Of a stretch of DNA of 64,000 nucleotides, positions 54,153-64,000 are shown in pieces. The stretch lies in assembly GCA_963422645.2 (NCBI GenBank), contig CAXXVO010000009.1, positions 320,001-384,000 on the forward strand, read 5' to 3'. The number at the start of each line of letters is the position of its first letter. Positions within the stretch are counted from its first letter, which is position 1. The notes under the pieces are model-generated. The model was not told the origin of the DNA. It did not search any database and worked only from the letters and a program-made list of their open reading frames with translations. This stretch comes from Alphaproteobacteria bacterium. GTDB taxonomy: Bacteria; Pseudomonadota; Alphaproteobacteria; UBA828. The translations under genes were made by a program, and so were the position numbers.

Positions 54153-55159
54153 GCGCGCCCATGCTCTCGGTGCGCGACCTCTCGGTCACATTTCGCGTGC
54201 GGCCCCGGGGGAGTCCGCCCTGGACGCGGGCGCGGACGCTTCAGGCCGTCCGGGGCGTCAGCTTCGACCTCGCGCCGGCCGAAACGCTTGGTATCGTCGG
54301 CGAAAGCGGATCGGGCAAGTCGACCCTCGCCCGCGCCCTGATCGGCACGGTGCCCGCCACCGAGGGGCAGGCGCTCTGGCAGGGCAAGGATCTACTGGCG
54401 ATGGGCGTCGAGGAGCGCCGCCCGCTGCGCCGCGACATCCAGATGATCTTCCAGAATCCGCTCGGCGCGCTGGACCCCCGGATGACCGCGGGCGAGATCA
54501 TCGCCGAGGCGCTCACGACCCACGAGAGGCGCATGCCGCGCCACGAGGTCCGCGCGCGTGTCGCGGCAATGCTGGAGCGGGTGGGCCTGCTGCCCGAGCA
54601 CATCAACCGCTACCCGCACGAGTTCTCCGGCGGCCAGTGCCAGCGCATCAACGTCGCGCGCGCGCTCATCGTCGAGCCCAAGCTGGTGATCTGCGACGAG
54701 CCGGTCTCGGCGCTGGATGTCAGCGTGCAGGCCCAGATCGTCAATCTGCTTCAGGACCTGAAGCGCGACCTCGCGCTCGCCCTGATCTTCATCTCCCACG
54801 ATCTGAGCGTGGCGAAGCACATCTCCGACCGCATCATGGTGTTCTATCTCGGCCGCACGATGGAGTACGGGGCGGCGGGCGATCTCATTCGCAGGCCCCG
54901 CCATCCCTACACCCAGGCGCTCATCGCGACCGCGCCGGTGCCGGACCCCGAGATCGAGCGCGGGCGCGAGGTCACGGCGTTGAAGGGCGAGCTGCCCTCG
55001 CCGCTCGCACCGCCGTCCGGCTGCGTGTTCCGCACCCGCTGCCCCATCGCCCGCCCGGCCTGCGCGGACGAGGCACCGGCCATGCAGGCGTTCGGCCCCG
55101 ATCACGTCGCGGCCTGCCCCTACGGCGAGCCTTCAAGGGGTGAGGCCGGTTTGGGATAG
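54149..55159 (+). CDS. oppF: Oligopeptide ABC ATPase
   Basis: [34 protein letters not shown]. Confidence 0.92.
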   Translation: MSAPMLSVRDLSVTFRVRPRGSPPWTRARTLQAVRGVSFDLAPAETLGIVGESGSGKSTLARALIGTVPATEGQALWQGKDLLAMGVEERRPLRRDIQMIFQNPLGALDPRMTAGEIIAEALTTHERRMPRHEVRARVAAMLERVGLLPEHINRYPHEFSGGQCQRINVARALIVEPKLVICDEPVSALDVSVQAQIVNLLQDLKRDLALALIFISHDLSVAKHISDRIMVFYLGRTMEYGAAGDLIRRPRHPYTQALIATAPVPDPEIERGREVTALKGELPSPLAPPSGCVFRTRCPIARPACADEAPAMQAFGPDHVAACPYGEPSRGEAGLG

Positions 55160-55234
55160 GCCGGGCTTCCTCGTATAGTCCGGGCGGGTTCCATGCGGGA
55201 GCGCGCCGCGATGCGCTGACCGAGGGAGGACGGC

Positions 55235-56377
55235 ATGAAGCTCAGCACCGAACGCATACTCACGACCCATGTGGGCTCGCTGCCGAGGCCGCAGGACGTC
55301 TCCGACATGCTGCTCGCCAAGGAGAACGAGACGCTGGCCGACCAGGGCGCCTTCGACGCCTGCATGGTGAGCGCCGTGGCCGACGTCGTGCGCCAGCAGG
55401 TCGACGCCGGGGTCGACATCGTCTCCGACGGCGAGATGAGCAAGATCGGCTACTCCACCTACGTCACGGAGCGGCTGCACGGCTTCTCGGGCGACAGCGC
55501 GCGCAAGATGCCGCGGGACCTCGAGCTCTACCTGGCCTTCGCACAGCGCGTGGCCGCCCAGGGCGAGGCGCCGCAGGTCAGGCGCGCGCCCTGCGTCGGC
55601 GAGATCAGCCTCAAGGACGAGGCGCCGCTCAGGAAGGACCTCGCCAACATGGCCGCCGCGCTGGAGGGCGCCGGCGCGGCCGAGGGCTTCATGAACGCGG
55701 CGTCCCCCGGCGTCATCGCGTTCTTCCAGCCCAACCAGTACTACCCGAGCGAGGACGCCTACCTGGAGGTGCTGGGCGAGATGATGAAGTCCGAGTACGA
55801 GGCGATCCACGCCGCGGGGCTGGTGATCCAGCTCGACTGCCCCGATCTCGCCATGACCCGGCACAGCATCCACAAGGACAAGAGCGACGAGGAATTCGTC
55901 GCCCAGGCCGAGCGCAACATCGAGGTGCTGAACTACGCGCTGGAGAAGGTGCCCGCCGAGGCGGCGCGGATGCACCTCTGCTGGGGCAACTACGAGGGGC
56001 CCCACATCTGCGACATCGCGCTGGACGCGATCTACGACGTGGCGATGAAGGCGAAGCCGCAGGCGATTTCCTTCGAGGCTGCGAACCCGCGCCACGCCCA
56101 CGAGTGGACCGTGTTCGCCGAGCGCGGCCTGCCGGAGGACAAGGTGCTGATCCCCGGCGTGATCGATTCGGTCTCGAACTTCGTCGAGCACCCGGCGCTG
56201 GTGGCGGAGCGCATCTGCCGCCTCGCCGATATCGTGGGCCGCGAGCGCGTGCTGGCGGGCGCGGACTGCGGCTTCGGCACCTTCGCGGGCTTCGGCCGGG
56301 TGGATTCGGAGATCGTCTACGCCAAGCTCGGCGCGCTTGCCGAGGGCGCAGCACTGGCCTCCGACCGGCTCTGGTAG
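55235..56377 (+). CDS. Cobalamin-independent methionine synthase II family (single-barrel MetE-like) Zn enzyme
   Basis: TTHVGSLPRP, DGE, HLCWGN, FEAAN, DCGF. Confidence 0.85.
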   Translation: MKLSTERILTTHVGSLPRPQDVSDMLLAKENETLADQGAFDACMVSAVADVVRQQVDAGVDIVSDGEMSKIGYSTYVTERLHGFSGDSARKMPRDLELYLAFAQRVAAQGEAPQVRRAPCVGEISLKDEAPLRKDLANMAAALEGAGAAEGFMNAASPGVIAFFQPNQYYPSEDAYLEVLGEMMKSEYEAIHAAGLVIQLDCPDLAMTRHSIHKDKSDEEFVAQAERNIEVLNYALEKVPAEAARMHLCWGNYEGPHICDIALDAIYDVAMKAKPQAISFEAANPRHAHEWTVFAERGLPEDKVLIPGVIDSVSNFVEHPALVAERICRLADIVGRERVLAGADCGFGTFAGFGRVDSEIVYAKLGALAEGAALASDRLW

Positions 56378-56380
56378 GGG

Positions 56381-57127
56381 ATGGCGGCGCCCCGCCGGGT
56401 GCTCGTCATCCGCCATTCGGAGATCGACCAGCCCGGCTTCTTCGGCGAGGTGATGGCCGAGGCCGGCATCGATTGGCGTGCCTGCGATCCCTGGCAGGGC
56501 GAGCCCTTCCCGCCGCTCCAGGACTATGACGCCCTGCTCGCCATGGGCGGGCCGCAGCAGGCGGACGAGGAGCATCTCTACCCCTGGCTCGGGCCGGAGA
56601 AGGCGCTGCTGCGGGACGCCGTGACCGGGGGCATGCCGGTGCTCGGCGTCTGCCTCGGCTGCCAGCTGCTGGCCGATGCCCACGGCGGCACCGTCGCGCC
56701 GCTGCCCGAGCCCGAAGTCGGCATCGTCGACTTCGCGCTCACCGATGCGGGCCGCGCCGACCCCCTCTTCGCCGGGCTGCCGGCGGCCCCGCTCACCATG
56801 CAGTGGCATCTGAACGCGGTCACCGCGATGCCGAGGCAGGCGGTCCTGCTCGCCACCTCCGAGGCCTGCGCGGTTCAGGCCTATCGGCTCAGCCCCCGCG
56901 CCTACGGCGTGCAGTTCCACATGGAGGTGGATGCGAAGCTGGTGGGGGCGACCGCGCTCTTCCCCGAATACGTCGCCGCGCTGGAGAGCCAGCAGGGCCA
57001 GGGCGCGTTCGCGCGCATGGTGGCCGACGCGGCTGCCAAGGAGGAGACGCTGCGCGCCAACGGCAGCCGGCTCTTCCGGAATTTCCTGGGGCTCATGGAG
57101 GCGGAGGCCAAGCGGCCGGCGGCTTAA
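56381..57127 (+). CDS. Type 1 glutamine amidotransferase
   Basis: MGGP, LGVCLGCQL, QFHME. Confidence 0.88.
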   Translation: MAAPRRVLVIRHSEIDQPGFFGEVMAEAGIDWRACDPWQGEPFPPLQDYDALLAMGGPQQADEEHLYPWLGPEKALLRDAVTGGMPVLGVCLGCQLLADAHGGTVAPLPEPEVGIVDFALTDAGRADPLFAGLPAAPLTMQWHLNAVTAMPRQAVLLATSEACAVQAYRLSPRAYGVQFHMEVDAKLVGATALFPEYVAALESQQGQGAFARMVADAAAKEETLRANGSRLFRNFLGLMEAEAKRPAA

Positions 57128-57156
57128 CAATAGGCGACGCGACAAGGAGAGAGGGA

Positions 57157-57942
57157 ATGGATCGGGAATCAGCAACCAGAGCGGGCGCGCTCCTGTGGGA
57201 AGCCTGGCAAGGGCGCACGCAGATCGCGGCATTGCCGGCGGACTGCCGGCCCGGGACGCTGGCGGAGGCCTACGCGGTGCAGGAGGGGCTCGCGGCGAGC
57301 GCGGGCCTCGCCATCGCGGGCTACAAGATCGGCGCCACCAACGCGCAAGTGCAGGCGCGCTTCGGCGTGGACGCGCCCTTCTCCGGCCGCCTCTTCGCCG
57401 ACTACGTGGGCGAAAGCCCGCTCCGCGTGCCCGCGAACACGGTGAACTTCTACGCGATCGAGGCGGAGTTCGACTTCGTGATGGGCCAAGCGCTCGCCCC
57501 GCGGGCCGCGCCCTACACGGGCGACGAGGTGCGCGCGGCGGTCGCCAGCGTGCACCCCGCCATCGAGGTGCCGGACTCCCGCTACGCCGACTGGCTCTCC
57601 ATGAAGGCGCCGGACCTGATCGGCGACAACGCCATCGGCTGCCTGCTGGCGCTCGGGGCGGAGGCGGCGGGCATGCTCGACCACGACCTCGCGGGCCAGC
57701 CGGTGGTGGTCCGCATCAACGGCGAGGTGGTGAGCGAGGGCGCGGGCGCCAACGTCCTCGGCGATCCGTGGAACGTCATGGTCTGGCTCGCGAACCACCT
57801 GAGCGAGCGCGGGCTCACGCTGGAGGCCGGGCACATCGTGACCACCGGAAGTGCTGCCGACGTGGTGCAGTGCCAGCCGGGCGACACGGTGACCGCAGAG
57901 TTCGGCCCCATCGGCCAGGCGGAGGTACACTTCGAGGCGTGA
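57157..57942 (+). CDS. 2-keto-4-pentenoate hydratase / FAH-family protein
   Basis: GYKIG.T, IEAE, AIEVPDSR, DN, WLAN.L, TTGS. Confidence 0.85.
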   Translation: MDRESATRAGALLWEAWQGRTQIAALPADCRPGTLAEAYAVQEGLAASAGLAIAGYKIGATNAQVQARFGVDAPFSGRLFADYVGESPLRVPANTVNFYAIEAEFDFVMGQALAPRAAPYTGDEVRAAVASVHPAIEVPDSRYADWLSMKAPDLIGDNAIGCLLALGAEAAGMLDHDLAGQPVVVRINGEVVSEGAGANVLGDPWNVMVWLANHLSERGLTLEAGHIVTTGSAADVVQCQPGDTVTAEFGPIGQAEVHFEA

Positions 57943-58031
57943 GGCGCGCAGGGCTCAGCCCAACGCCGGCCGGCTGGAGTAACTTGCTTCGCTCCGACAA
58001 GACCGCCACAATTCCCAGTGGTCGGGCCGCG

Positions 58032-58145
58032 CGCGCCCACCTCCCCCTGTCCCCCTCCCCCCTGAAGGGCGGAGGGGGGACGTAGGCGACGCCGCTTTGC
58101 GCTCCCTCTCCTCCCTGGGGAGGAGAGGGCCGGGGTGAGGAGGGG
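58032..58145 (-). repeat. CCTCACCCC/CCCTCTCC palindromic repeat, copy 2
   Basis: Imperfect reverse complement of 35286-35396. Confidence 0.8.
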
Positions 58146-58180
58146 TCGCGCGAAGGCGCGGCTCAGGGGAGGAGAGAGCG

Positions 58181-58969
58181 ATGAGCACATCCACAGCCGA
58201 GGCTGCTGCGGCAAGGTTCAAGACCATCCAGCTCGTGCCGGGCGAGGCCGAGCTTCGCGTGCAGCTCGCCGCCGCCTACCGGCTGGTCGAGCATTTTGGC
58301 TGGAACGAGTCGATCTACGGCCACCTCACCGTGCGCGTGCCGGGGCCGGAGCGGCACTTCCTCATCAACCCCTACGGCCTGCGTTACGGCGAGGTGAGGG
58401 CGTCGAACCTGGTCAAGATCACGCTGGAGGGCGAGATCGTGGGCGAGAGCGAGTGGCCGGTGAACGCGGCCGGCTACGCCATACACGGCGCGATCCACAA
58501 GGCGGCGCCGGACGCGCACTGCGTCATGCACACGCACTCGCCGGCGGGCATGGCGGTGGCGGCGCTGGAATGCGGGCTGCTGCCGATCAGCCTGGATGCG
58601 ACGCTCTTCCACGGCATGGTCGGCTATCACGCGTACGAGGGCGCGGTGGTGAGCGCGGACGAGAAGGCGCGGCTGGTCCACGACCTCGGCTGCAACCGCG
58701 CGCTGATCCTCCGCAACCACGGCCTCGTCACCGTGGGCCGGACCATCCCGGAAGCCTTCCTCTACCTCCACCGGCTGGAGACCGCGTGCAAGACGCAGGT
58801 GGACGCGCTCGCGATGAACGCGGCGCTCGTGCATGTGCCGGAAGAGGTGTGCGAGAAGTCCCTCCGCGAGATCGCCGATTTCTCCACCCACGTGGGCGAC
58901 ATCGGCGCGGTCGAGTTCCAGGCCTTCATGCGCATGCTGGATCAGAGGGATGCGGGGTATCGGGAGTAG
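58181..58969 (+). CDS. Class II aldolase/adducin-family protein
   Basis: LAAAYRL, FLINPYGL, IHGAIH, HTHS, LRNHG. Confidence 0.9.
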   Translation: MSTSTAEAAAARFKTIQLVPGEAELRVQLAAAYRLVEHFGWNESIYGHLTVRVPGPERHFLINPYGLRYGEVRASNLVKITLEGEIVGESEWPVNAAGYAIHGAIHKAAPDAHCVMHTHSPAGMAVAALECGLLPISLDATLFHGMVGYHAYEGAVVSADEKARLVHDLGCNRALILRNHGLVTVGRTIPEAFLYLHRLETACKTQVDALAMNAALVHVPEEVCEKSLREIADFSTHVGDIGAVEFQAFMRMLDQRDAGYRE

Positions 58970-59282
58970 GGGTGACAGAATGGGTAACCATGAGGGTGGG
59001 ATCAGTGGGGCGAAGTGCCGAAGGACTGTTATCTCAAATTTTTTGACAGCGCCGTGACTGCTGAGCACTTGGTAACCGCCAATACTGAAAGGGAGATACA
59101 GGGGTGAACGATTATGTAAGGCCAGAACGAATTGACCTGAAAAACCACTCGGAACTTACTGAGTGTTGTTAAGCGTGGAAAAGTGACCCCCTATTGGGGG
59201 TGATCGGCGTCCAAAATTGACCCCCTTGGATTTGTGTCCATGAACACACCTCGTCGTTTGGACGGACGGGGTGGTGGGGGAG

Positions 59283-60797
59283 ATGCTGGTTGTGGAAACG
59301 ATCGCGAAGATCCGTCGGGATCATCTGGTGAAGGGCGTTCCGATCAAGAAGCTCGCCCGGGATTTGAGGGTTTCCAAGAACACGATACGCAAGGTGGTGC
59401 GGGGCGATGCGACCTCGCACAGCTACGAGCGCAAGATCCAGCCGATGCCGAAGCTTGGGCTGTGGGTGGAGGAGCTTGAGCGCCAGCTGAAGGCCAACGA
59501 GAAGAAGGCACGCAAGGATCGGCTGTCTCTTCTGCGGATTCATGAAGACCTTGTGTCGCTGGGCTACAAGGGCGGCTATGACGCGGTTCGCCGCTATGCC
59601 AGGGCCTGGCGGCGCCGGTGGCGGCTGTTGTCGCCGGCGCAGGCCTATGTGCCGCTGATCTTCGATCCCGGCGAGGCCTACCAGTTCGACTGGAGCCACG
59701 AGTACGCGCGTCTGTCGGGCGCGACGACCAGGGTGAAGGCGGCGCACATGCGGCTGTGCCACAGCCGGATGTATCTGGTCCAGATCTTTCCCCGCGAGAG
59801 CCAGGAGATGGTCTTCGAGGCGCACGAGCGTGCCTTCCGCTTCTTCGGCGGGGTCTGCCGGCGGGGCATCTACGACAACATGAAGACGGCGGTGAGCACG
59901 ATCTTCGTGGGCAAGAAGCGGGACTACAACCGCCGCTTCCAGGAGCTGTGCTCGCACCATCTGGTGGAGCCTGTGGCGTGCACGCCAGGGGCTGGCTGGG
60001 AGAAGGGGCAGGTCGAGAAGCAGGTGGGTGACCTTCGCGGCCGCCTGTTCGTGCCCATCCCGCGGGGCCGCTCCTACGCCGAGATCAACGAGTGGCTGAT
60101 GGATCGGTGCATCGAGGACGCCAAGAAGCATCCGCATCCGACAATCCCGGGCAAGACGGTGTGGCAGGTGTTCGAGGAGGAGCAGCCCTTCCTGATGGCG
60201 TATCGCGGCCCCTTCGACGGCTTCCATGCCAGCGAGGTGTCGGTCTCGAAGACCTGTCTGGTGCGCTTCGACAACAACCAGTACAGCGTCGCGGCCCGCG
60301 CCGTCGGCCGGCCGGTGGACGTGCGGGCCTATGCCGATCGGATCGTCATCCGCCAGGACGGCGAGACCGTTGCCGAGCACCCCCGCAGCTTCGGGCGCGG
60401 CCGGTTCGTCTACGATCCGTGGCATTACGTGCCGATCCTGACGCGGAAGCCCGGCGCGCTACGCAATGGCGCGCCCTTCAAGGACTGGCAGTTGCCCAAC
60501 GCGCTCGGCCGCCTGCGAACCCGGCTCGCGGGCCACGACGACGGCGACCGGCAGTTCGTCAAGGTGCTCGCGGCGGTGCTGGAGGACGGACTGGAGGCGG
60601 TTGAGGCGGCCTGTGCCGAGACGCTCGACTGCGGTGCCTGCAGCGCCGACGTGGTGCTCAACATCCTCGCCCGGCAGCGCCAGCCGGCACCGCCGGCAAT
60701 CATCCCGACGCCCGAGGGCCTGCAGCTTCGCCACAAGCCGGTAGCCGACTGTCAGCGCTACGACAGCCTGAGGGAGGCCGGTCATGGAGCGTCATGA
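59283..60797 (+). CDS. istA: IS21 transposase
   Basis: [28 protein letters not shown]. Confidence 0.95.
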   Translation: MLVVETIAKIRRDHLVKGVPIKKLARDLRVSKNTIRKVVRGDATSHSYERKIQPMPKLGLWVEELERQLKANEKKARKDRLSLLRIHEDLVSLGYKGGYDAVRRYARAWRRRWRLLSPAQAYVPLIFDPGEAYQFDWSHEYARLSGATTRVKAAHMRLCHSRMYLVQIFPRESQEMVFEAHERAFRFFGGVCRRGIYDNMKTAVSTIFVGKKRDYNRRFQELCSHHLVEPVACTPGAGWEKGQVEKQVGDLRGRLFVPIPRGRSYAEINEWLMDRCIEDAKKHPHPTIPGKTVWQVFEEEQPFLMAYRGPFDGFHASEVSVSKTCLVRFDNNQYSVAARAVGRPVDVRAYADRIVIRQDGETVAEHPRSFGRGRFVYDPWHYVPILTRKPGALRNGAPFKDWQLPNALGRLRTRLAGHDDGDRQFVKVLAAVLEDGLEAVEAACAETLDCGACSADVVLNILARQRQPAPPAIIPTPEGLQLRHKPVADCQRYDSLREAGHGAS

Positions 60798-61512
60798 TGT
60801 GCTGGAGATGATGACCCAGCTGAAGCTCGCAGGTATGCGCGCCGCTTACGACGACATCCTTGCCGACGGGCTCAAGCGCCGCCATCCGGTGCAACAGATC
60901 ATCGGTACGCTGCTGCAGGTCGAGATCGCCGACAAGAGGGCCCGCTCGATCAAGTACCAGATGGCCTCCGCCAAGCTGCCGACGGTCAAGGAGCTGGCCG
61001 ACTTCGACTTCGCCGCCTCGCCGGTCAACGAGCCCCTGATCCAGGAGCTCGCCGGCGGCGGCTTCCTCGAGGGCAAACGCAACATCGTGCTGGTCGGCGG
61101 CACCGGTACCGGCAAGACCCATCTCGCCGTCGCCATCGCGCGGTCCTGCATCCGCAAGGGCGCGCGCGGCCGGTGCTACAACGTCGTCGACCTGGTCAAC
61201 CTCCTCGAGGCCGAGCTTCGCGCCGGACGCCAGGGCCGCACTGCAGACCAGCTCGTCCGCCGCGACTTCGTCATCCTCGACGAGCTCGGCTACCTGCCCT
61301 TCGCCCAGGCCGGTGGGCAGCTGCTCTTCCATCTGATGAGCCGGCTCTACGAGCGCACCTCGATCGTCATCACCACAAACCTCGCCTTCGGCGAATGGCC
61401 ATCCGTCTTCGGCGACCCCAAGATGACCACAGCGCTGCTCGATCGCCTCACCCATCATTGCGAGATCATCGAGACCGGCAACGAGAGCTGGCGCTTCAAG
61501 AACCGCTCCTGA
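60784..61512 (+). CDS. istB: IS21 helper AAA+ ATPase
   Basis: [27 protein letters not shown]. Confidence 0.95.
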   Translation: MERHDVLEMMTQLKLAGMRAAYDDILADGLKRRHPVQQIIGTLLQVEIADKRARSIKYQMASAKLPTVKELADFDFAASPVNEPLIQELAGGGFLEGKRNIVLVGGTGTGKTHLAVAIARSCIRKGARGRCYNVVDLVNLLEAELRAGRQGRTADQLVRRDFVILDELGYLPFAQAGGQLLFHLMSRLYERTSIVITTNLAFGEWPSVFGDPKMTTALLDRLTHHCEIIETGNESWRFKNRS

Positions 61513-61714
61513 CCCGCCGCCGGCCTCCCTTGCGGCCCGGTTGCCCCGGTGGGCCAACAGGGACCCCCCACGCGGCTTCGCTCCGCGTAGCGCAGGGCGC
61601 CACACGAAGCCGCGCGGGTCCCCCCTATTGGCTACCGGGACAACCTCCGCCGTGCCACTCAGGGGGGTCAATTTTGCACGCCGATCGGGGGTCAGTATTG
61701 AAAGCCGATTGACA

Positions 61715-62158
61715 TCCGGCGCGAAGCTCGGCCTCGAGGAGGTTGACCAGGTCGACGACGTTGTAGCACCGGCCGCGCGCGCCCTTGCGGATGCAGGACC
61801 GCGCGATGGCGACGGCGAGATGGGTCTTGCCGGTACCGGTGCCGCCGACCAGCACGATGTTGCGTTTGCCCTCGAGGAAGCCGCCGCCGGCGAGCTCCTG
61901 GATCAGGGGCTCGTTGACCGGCGAGGCGGCGAAGTCGAAGTCGGCCAGCTCCTTGACCGTCGGCAGCTTGGCGGAGGCCATCTGGTACTTGATCGAGCGG
62001 GCCCTCTTGTCGGCGATCTCGACCTGCAGCAGCGTACCGATGATCTGTTGCACCGGATGGCGGCGCTTGAGCCCGTCGGCAAGGATGTCGTCGTAAGCGG
62101 CGCGCATACCTGCGAGCTTCAGCTGGGTCATCATCTCCAGCACATCATGACGCTCCAT
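61715..62158 (-). pseudogene. istB: 3'-truncated istB
   Basis: Identical up to ...EAELRAG, then reads into the right end of copy 1; Walker B lost. Confidence 0.9.
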
Positions 62159-63659
62159 GACCGGCCTCCCTCAGGCTGTCGTAGCGCTGACAGTCGGCTA
62201 CCGGCTTGTGGCGAAGCTGCAGGCCCTCGGGCGTCGGGATGATTGCCGGCGGTGCCGGCTGGCGCTGCCGGGCGAGGATGTTGAGCACCACGTCGGCGCT
62301 GCAGGCACCGCAGTCGAGCGTCTCGGCACAGGCCGCCTCAACCGCCTCCAGTCCGTCCTCCAGCACCGCCGCGAGCACCTTGACGAACTGCCGGTCGCCG
62401 TCGTCGTGGCCCGCGAGCCGGGTTCGCAGGCGGCCGAGCGCGTTGGGCAACTGCCAGTCCTTGAAGGGCGCGCCATTGCGTAGCGCGCCGGGCTTCCGCG
62501 TCAGGATCGGCACGTAATGCCACGGATCGTAGACGAACCGGCCGCGCCCGAAGCTGCGGGGGTGCTCGGCAACGGTCTCGCCGTCCTGGCGGATGACGAT
62601 CCGATCGGCATAGGCCCGCACGTCCACCGGCCGGCCGACGGCGCGGGCCGCGACGCTGTACTGGTTGTTGTCGAAGCGCACCAGACAGGTCTTCGAGACC
62701 GACACCTCGCTGGCATGGAAGCCGTCGAAGGGGCCGCGATACGCCATCAGGAAGGGCTGCTCCTCCTCGAACACCTGCCACACCGTCTTGCCCGGGATTG
62801 TCGGATGCGGATGCTTCTTGGCGTCCTCGATGCACCGATCCATCAGCCACTCGTTGATCTCGGCGTAGGAGCGGCCCCGCGGGATGGGCACGAACAGGCG
62901 GCCGCGAAGGTCACCCACCTGCTTCTCGACCTGCCCCTTCTCCCAGCCAGCCCCTGGCGTGCACGCCACAGGCTCCACCAGATGGTGCGAGCACAGCTCC
63001 TGGAAGCGGCGGTTGTAGTCCCGCTTCTTGCCCACGAAGATCGTGCTCACCGCCGTCTTCATGTTGTCGTAGATGCCCCGCCGGCAGACCCCGCCGAAGA
63101 AGCGGAAGGCACGCTCGTGCGCCTCGAAGACCATCTCCTGGCTCTCGCGGGGAAAGATCTGGACCAGATACATCCGGCTGTGGCACAGCCGCATGTGCGC
63201 CGCCTTCACCCTGGTCGTCGCGCCCGACAGACGCGCGTACTCGTGGCTCCAGTCGAACTGGTAGGCCTCGCCGGGATCGAAGATCAGCGGCACATAGGCC
63301 TGCGCCGGCGACAACAGCCGCCACCGGCGCCGCCAGGCCCTGGCATAGCGGCGAACCGCGTCATAGCCGCCCTTGTAGCCCAGCGACACAAGGTCTTCAT
63401 GAATCCGCAGAAGAGACAGCCGATCCTTGCGTGCCTTCTTCTCGTTGGCCTTCAGCTGGCGCTCAAGCTCCTCCACCCACAGCCCAAGCTTCGGCATCGG
63501 CTGGATCTTGCGCTCGTAGCTGTGCGAGGTCGCATCGCCCCGCACCACCTTGCGTATCGTGTTCTTGGAAACCCTCAAATCCCGGGCGAGCTTCTTGATC
63601 GGAACGCCCTTCACCAGATGATCCCGACGGATCTTCGCGATCGTTTCCACAACCAGCAT
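62145..63659 (-). CDS. istA: IS21 transposase
   Basis: Identical protein to 59283-60797. Confidence 0.95.
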   Translation of the reverse strand: MLVVETIAKIRRDHLVKGVPIKKLARDLRVSKNTIRKVVRGDATSHSYERKIQPMPKLGLWVEELERQLKANEKKARKDRLSLLRIHEDLVSLGYKGGYDAVRRYARAWRRRWRLLSPAQAYVPLIFDPGEAYQFDWSHEYARLSGATTRVKAAHMRLCHSRMYLVQIFPRESQEMVFEAHERAFRFFGGVCRRGIYDNMKTAVSTIFVGKKRDYNRRFQELCSHHLVEPVACTPGAGWEKGQVEKQVGDLRGRLFVPIPRGRSYAEINEWLMDRCIEDAKKHPHPTIPGKTVWQVFEEEQPFLMAYRGPFDGFHASEVSVSKTCLVRFDNNQYSVAARAVGRPVDVRAYADRIVIRQDGETVAEHPRSFGRGRFVYDPWHYVPILTRKPGALRNGAPFKDWQLPNALGRLRTRLAGHDDGDRQFVKVLAAVLEDGLEAVEAACAETLDCGACSADVVLNILARQRQPAPPAIIPTPEGLQLRHKPVADCQRYDSLREAGHGAS

Positions 63660-63775
63660 CTCCCCCACCACCCCGTCCGTCCAAACGACGAGGTGTGTTC
63701 ATGGACACAAATCCAAGGGGGTCAATTTTGGACGCCGATCACCCCCAATAGGGGGTCACTTTTCCACGCTTAACA

Positions 63776-64000
63776 ACACCCTTCAGCGCGTGAGTCCCGG
63801 CCAACCCCCCTTTGGCGATCGCTTTTAAATCATCGGGAACAAAGACCAGATGGACCATGCCGCCATCATCGAATGTCCCGACGAGCTCCCGCATACCGTC
63901 GTCGGGATCGGGTTCCAGTACGTCGACACATAGGATCTTCCAGGCCGCACATCCCAGCACGGCCACCTCGATGAACTGCGCCAGGTGACATGTCGATTGA
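63776..64000 (-). pseudogene. Partial unknown CDS interrupted by IS21
   Basis: Open minus frame (LAQFIEVAVLG...THALKG) runs from the window edge into the IS end; lower GC. Confidence 0.4.

Larger units (their letters stand above)
59167..61714 (+). mobile_element. Complete IS21-family element
   Basis: TGT...ACA ends with internal TGACCCC/GGGGTCA repeats; contains istA and istB; no target duplication visible. Confidence 0.93.
61715..63775 (-). mobile_element. Second IS21 copy, inverted, truncated within istB
   Basis: Reverse complement of 59167-61227; the translated ORFs are identical. Confidence 0.93.

Noticed and set aside
61625-61714. Novel C-terminus on the second IstB
   Set aside because: It is read-through into the non-coding right end of the first IS21.

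Overview
A very GC-rich window, most likely from an alphaproteobacterium (inferred from gene content and repeat families). Insertion-sequence debris brackets both ends: IS66 and a DUF4338-fused IS4 transposase on the left, two inverted IS21 copies on the right. Between them lies a long catabolic and transport region. It holds a frameshifted (R)-amine-transaminase-like gene, an orphan divergent GroEL, a PhyH dioxygenase, hydantoinase A/B, two ThDP enzymes, two ABC importers (one using a TorT-like binding protein), two Zn dehydrogenases, a LarA-like protein, a Rieske oxygenase, a NicX-like ring-cleavage enzyme and an amidohydrolase. Next comes a corrinoid methyl-transfer module: MttB-family MT, RACo/RamA, pterin-binding MT, DUF1638, corrinoid protein and a GlxA regulator. 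After it are an ATP-grasp/alpha-E/transglutaminase triad, mlaC, an opp operon and a MetE-like/GATase/hydratase/aldolase cluster. Several structured intergenic repeats or MITEs are present. The best leads are (i) Arg-rich tails on three partners of an acidic corrinoid protein, a possible electrostatic docking code, and (ii) a Rieske+NicX+TorT-ABC+amidohydrolase cluster, a candidate N-methylpyridinium/N-heterocycle pathway. Four small frameshifts may be assembly errors. No rRNA, tRNA or CRISPR array was seen. All family calls come from recognising motifs by eye; no searches were run.
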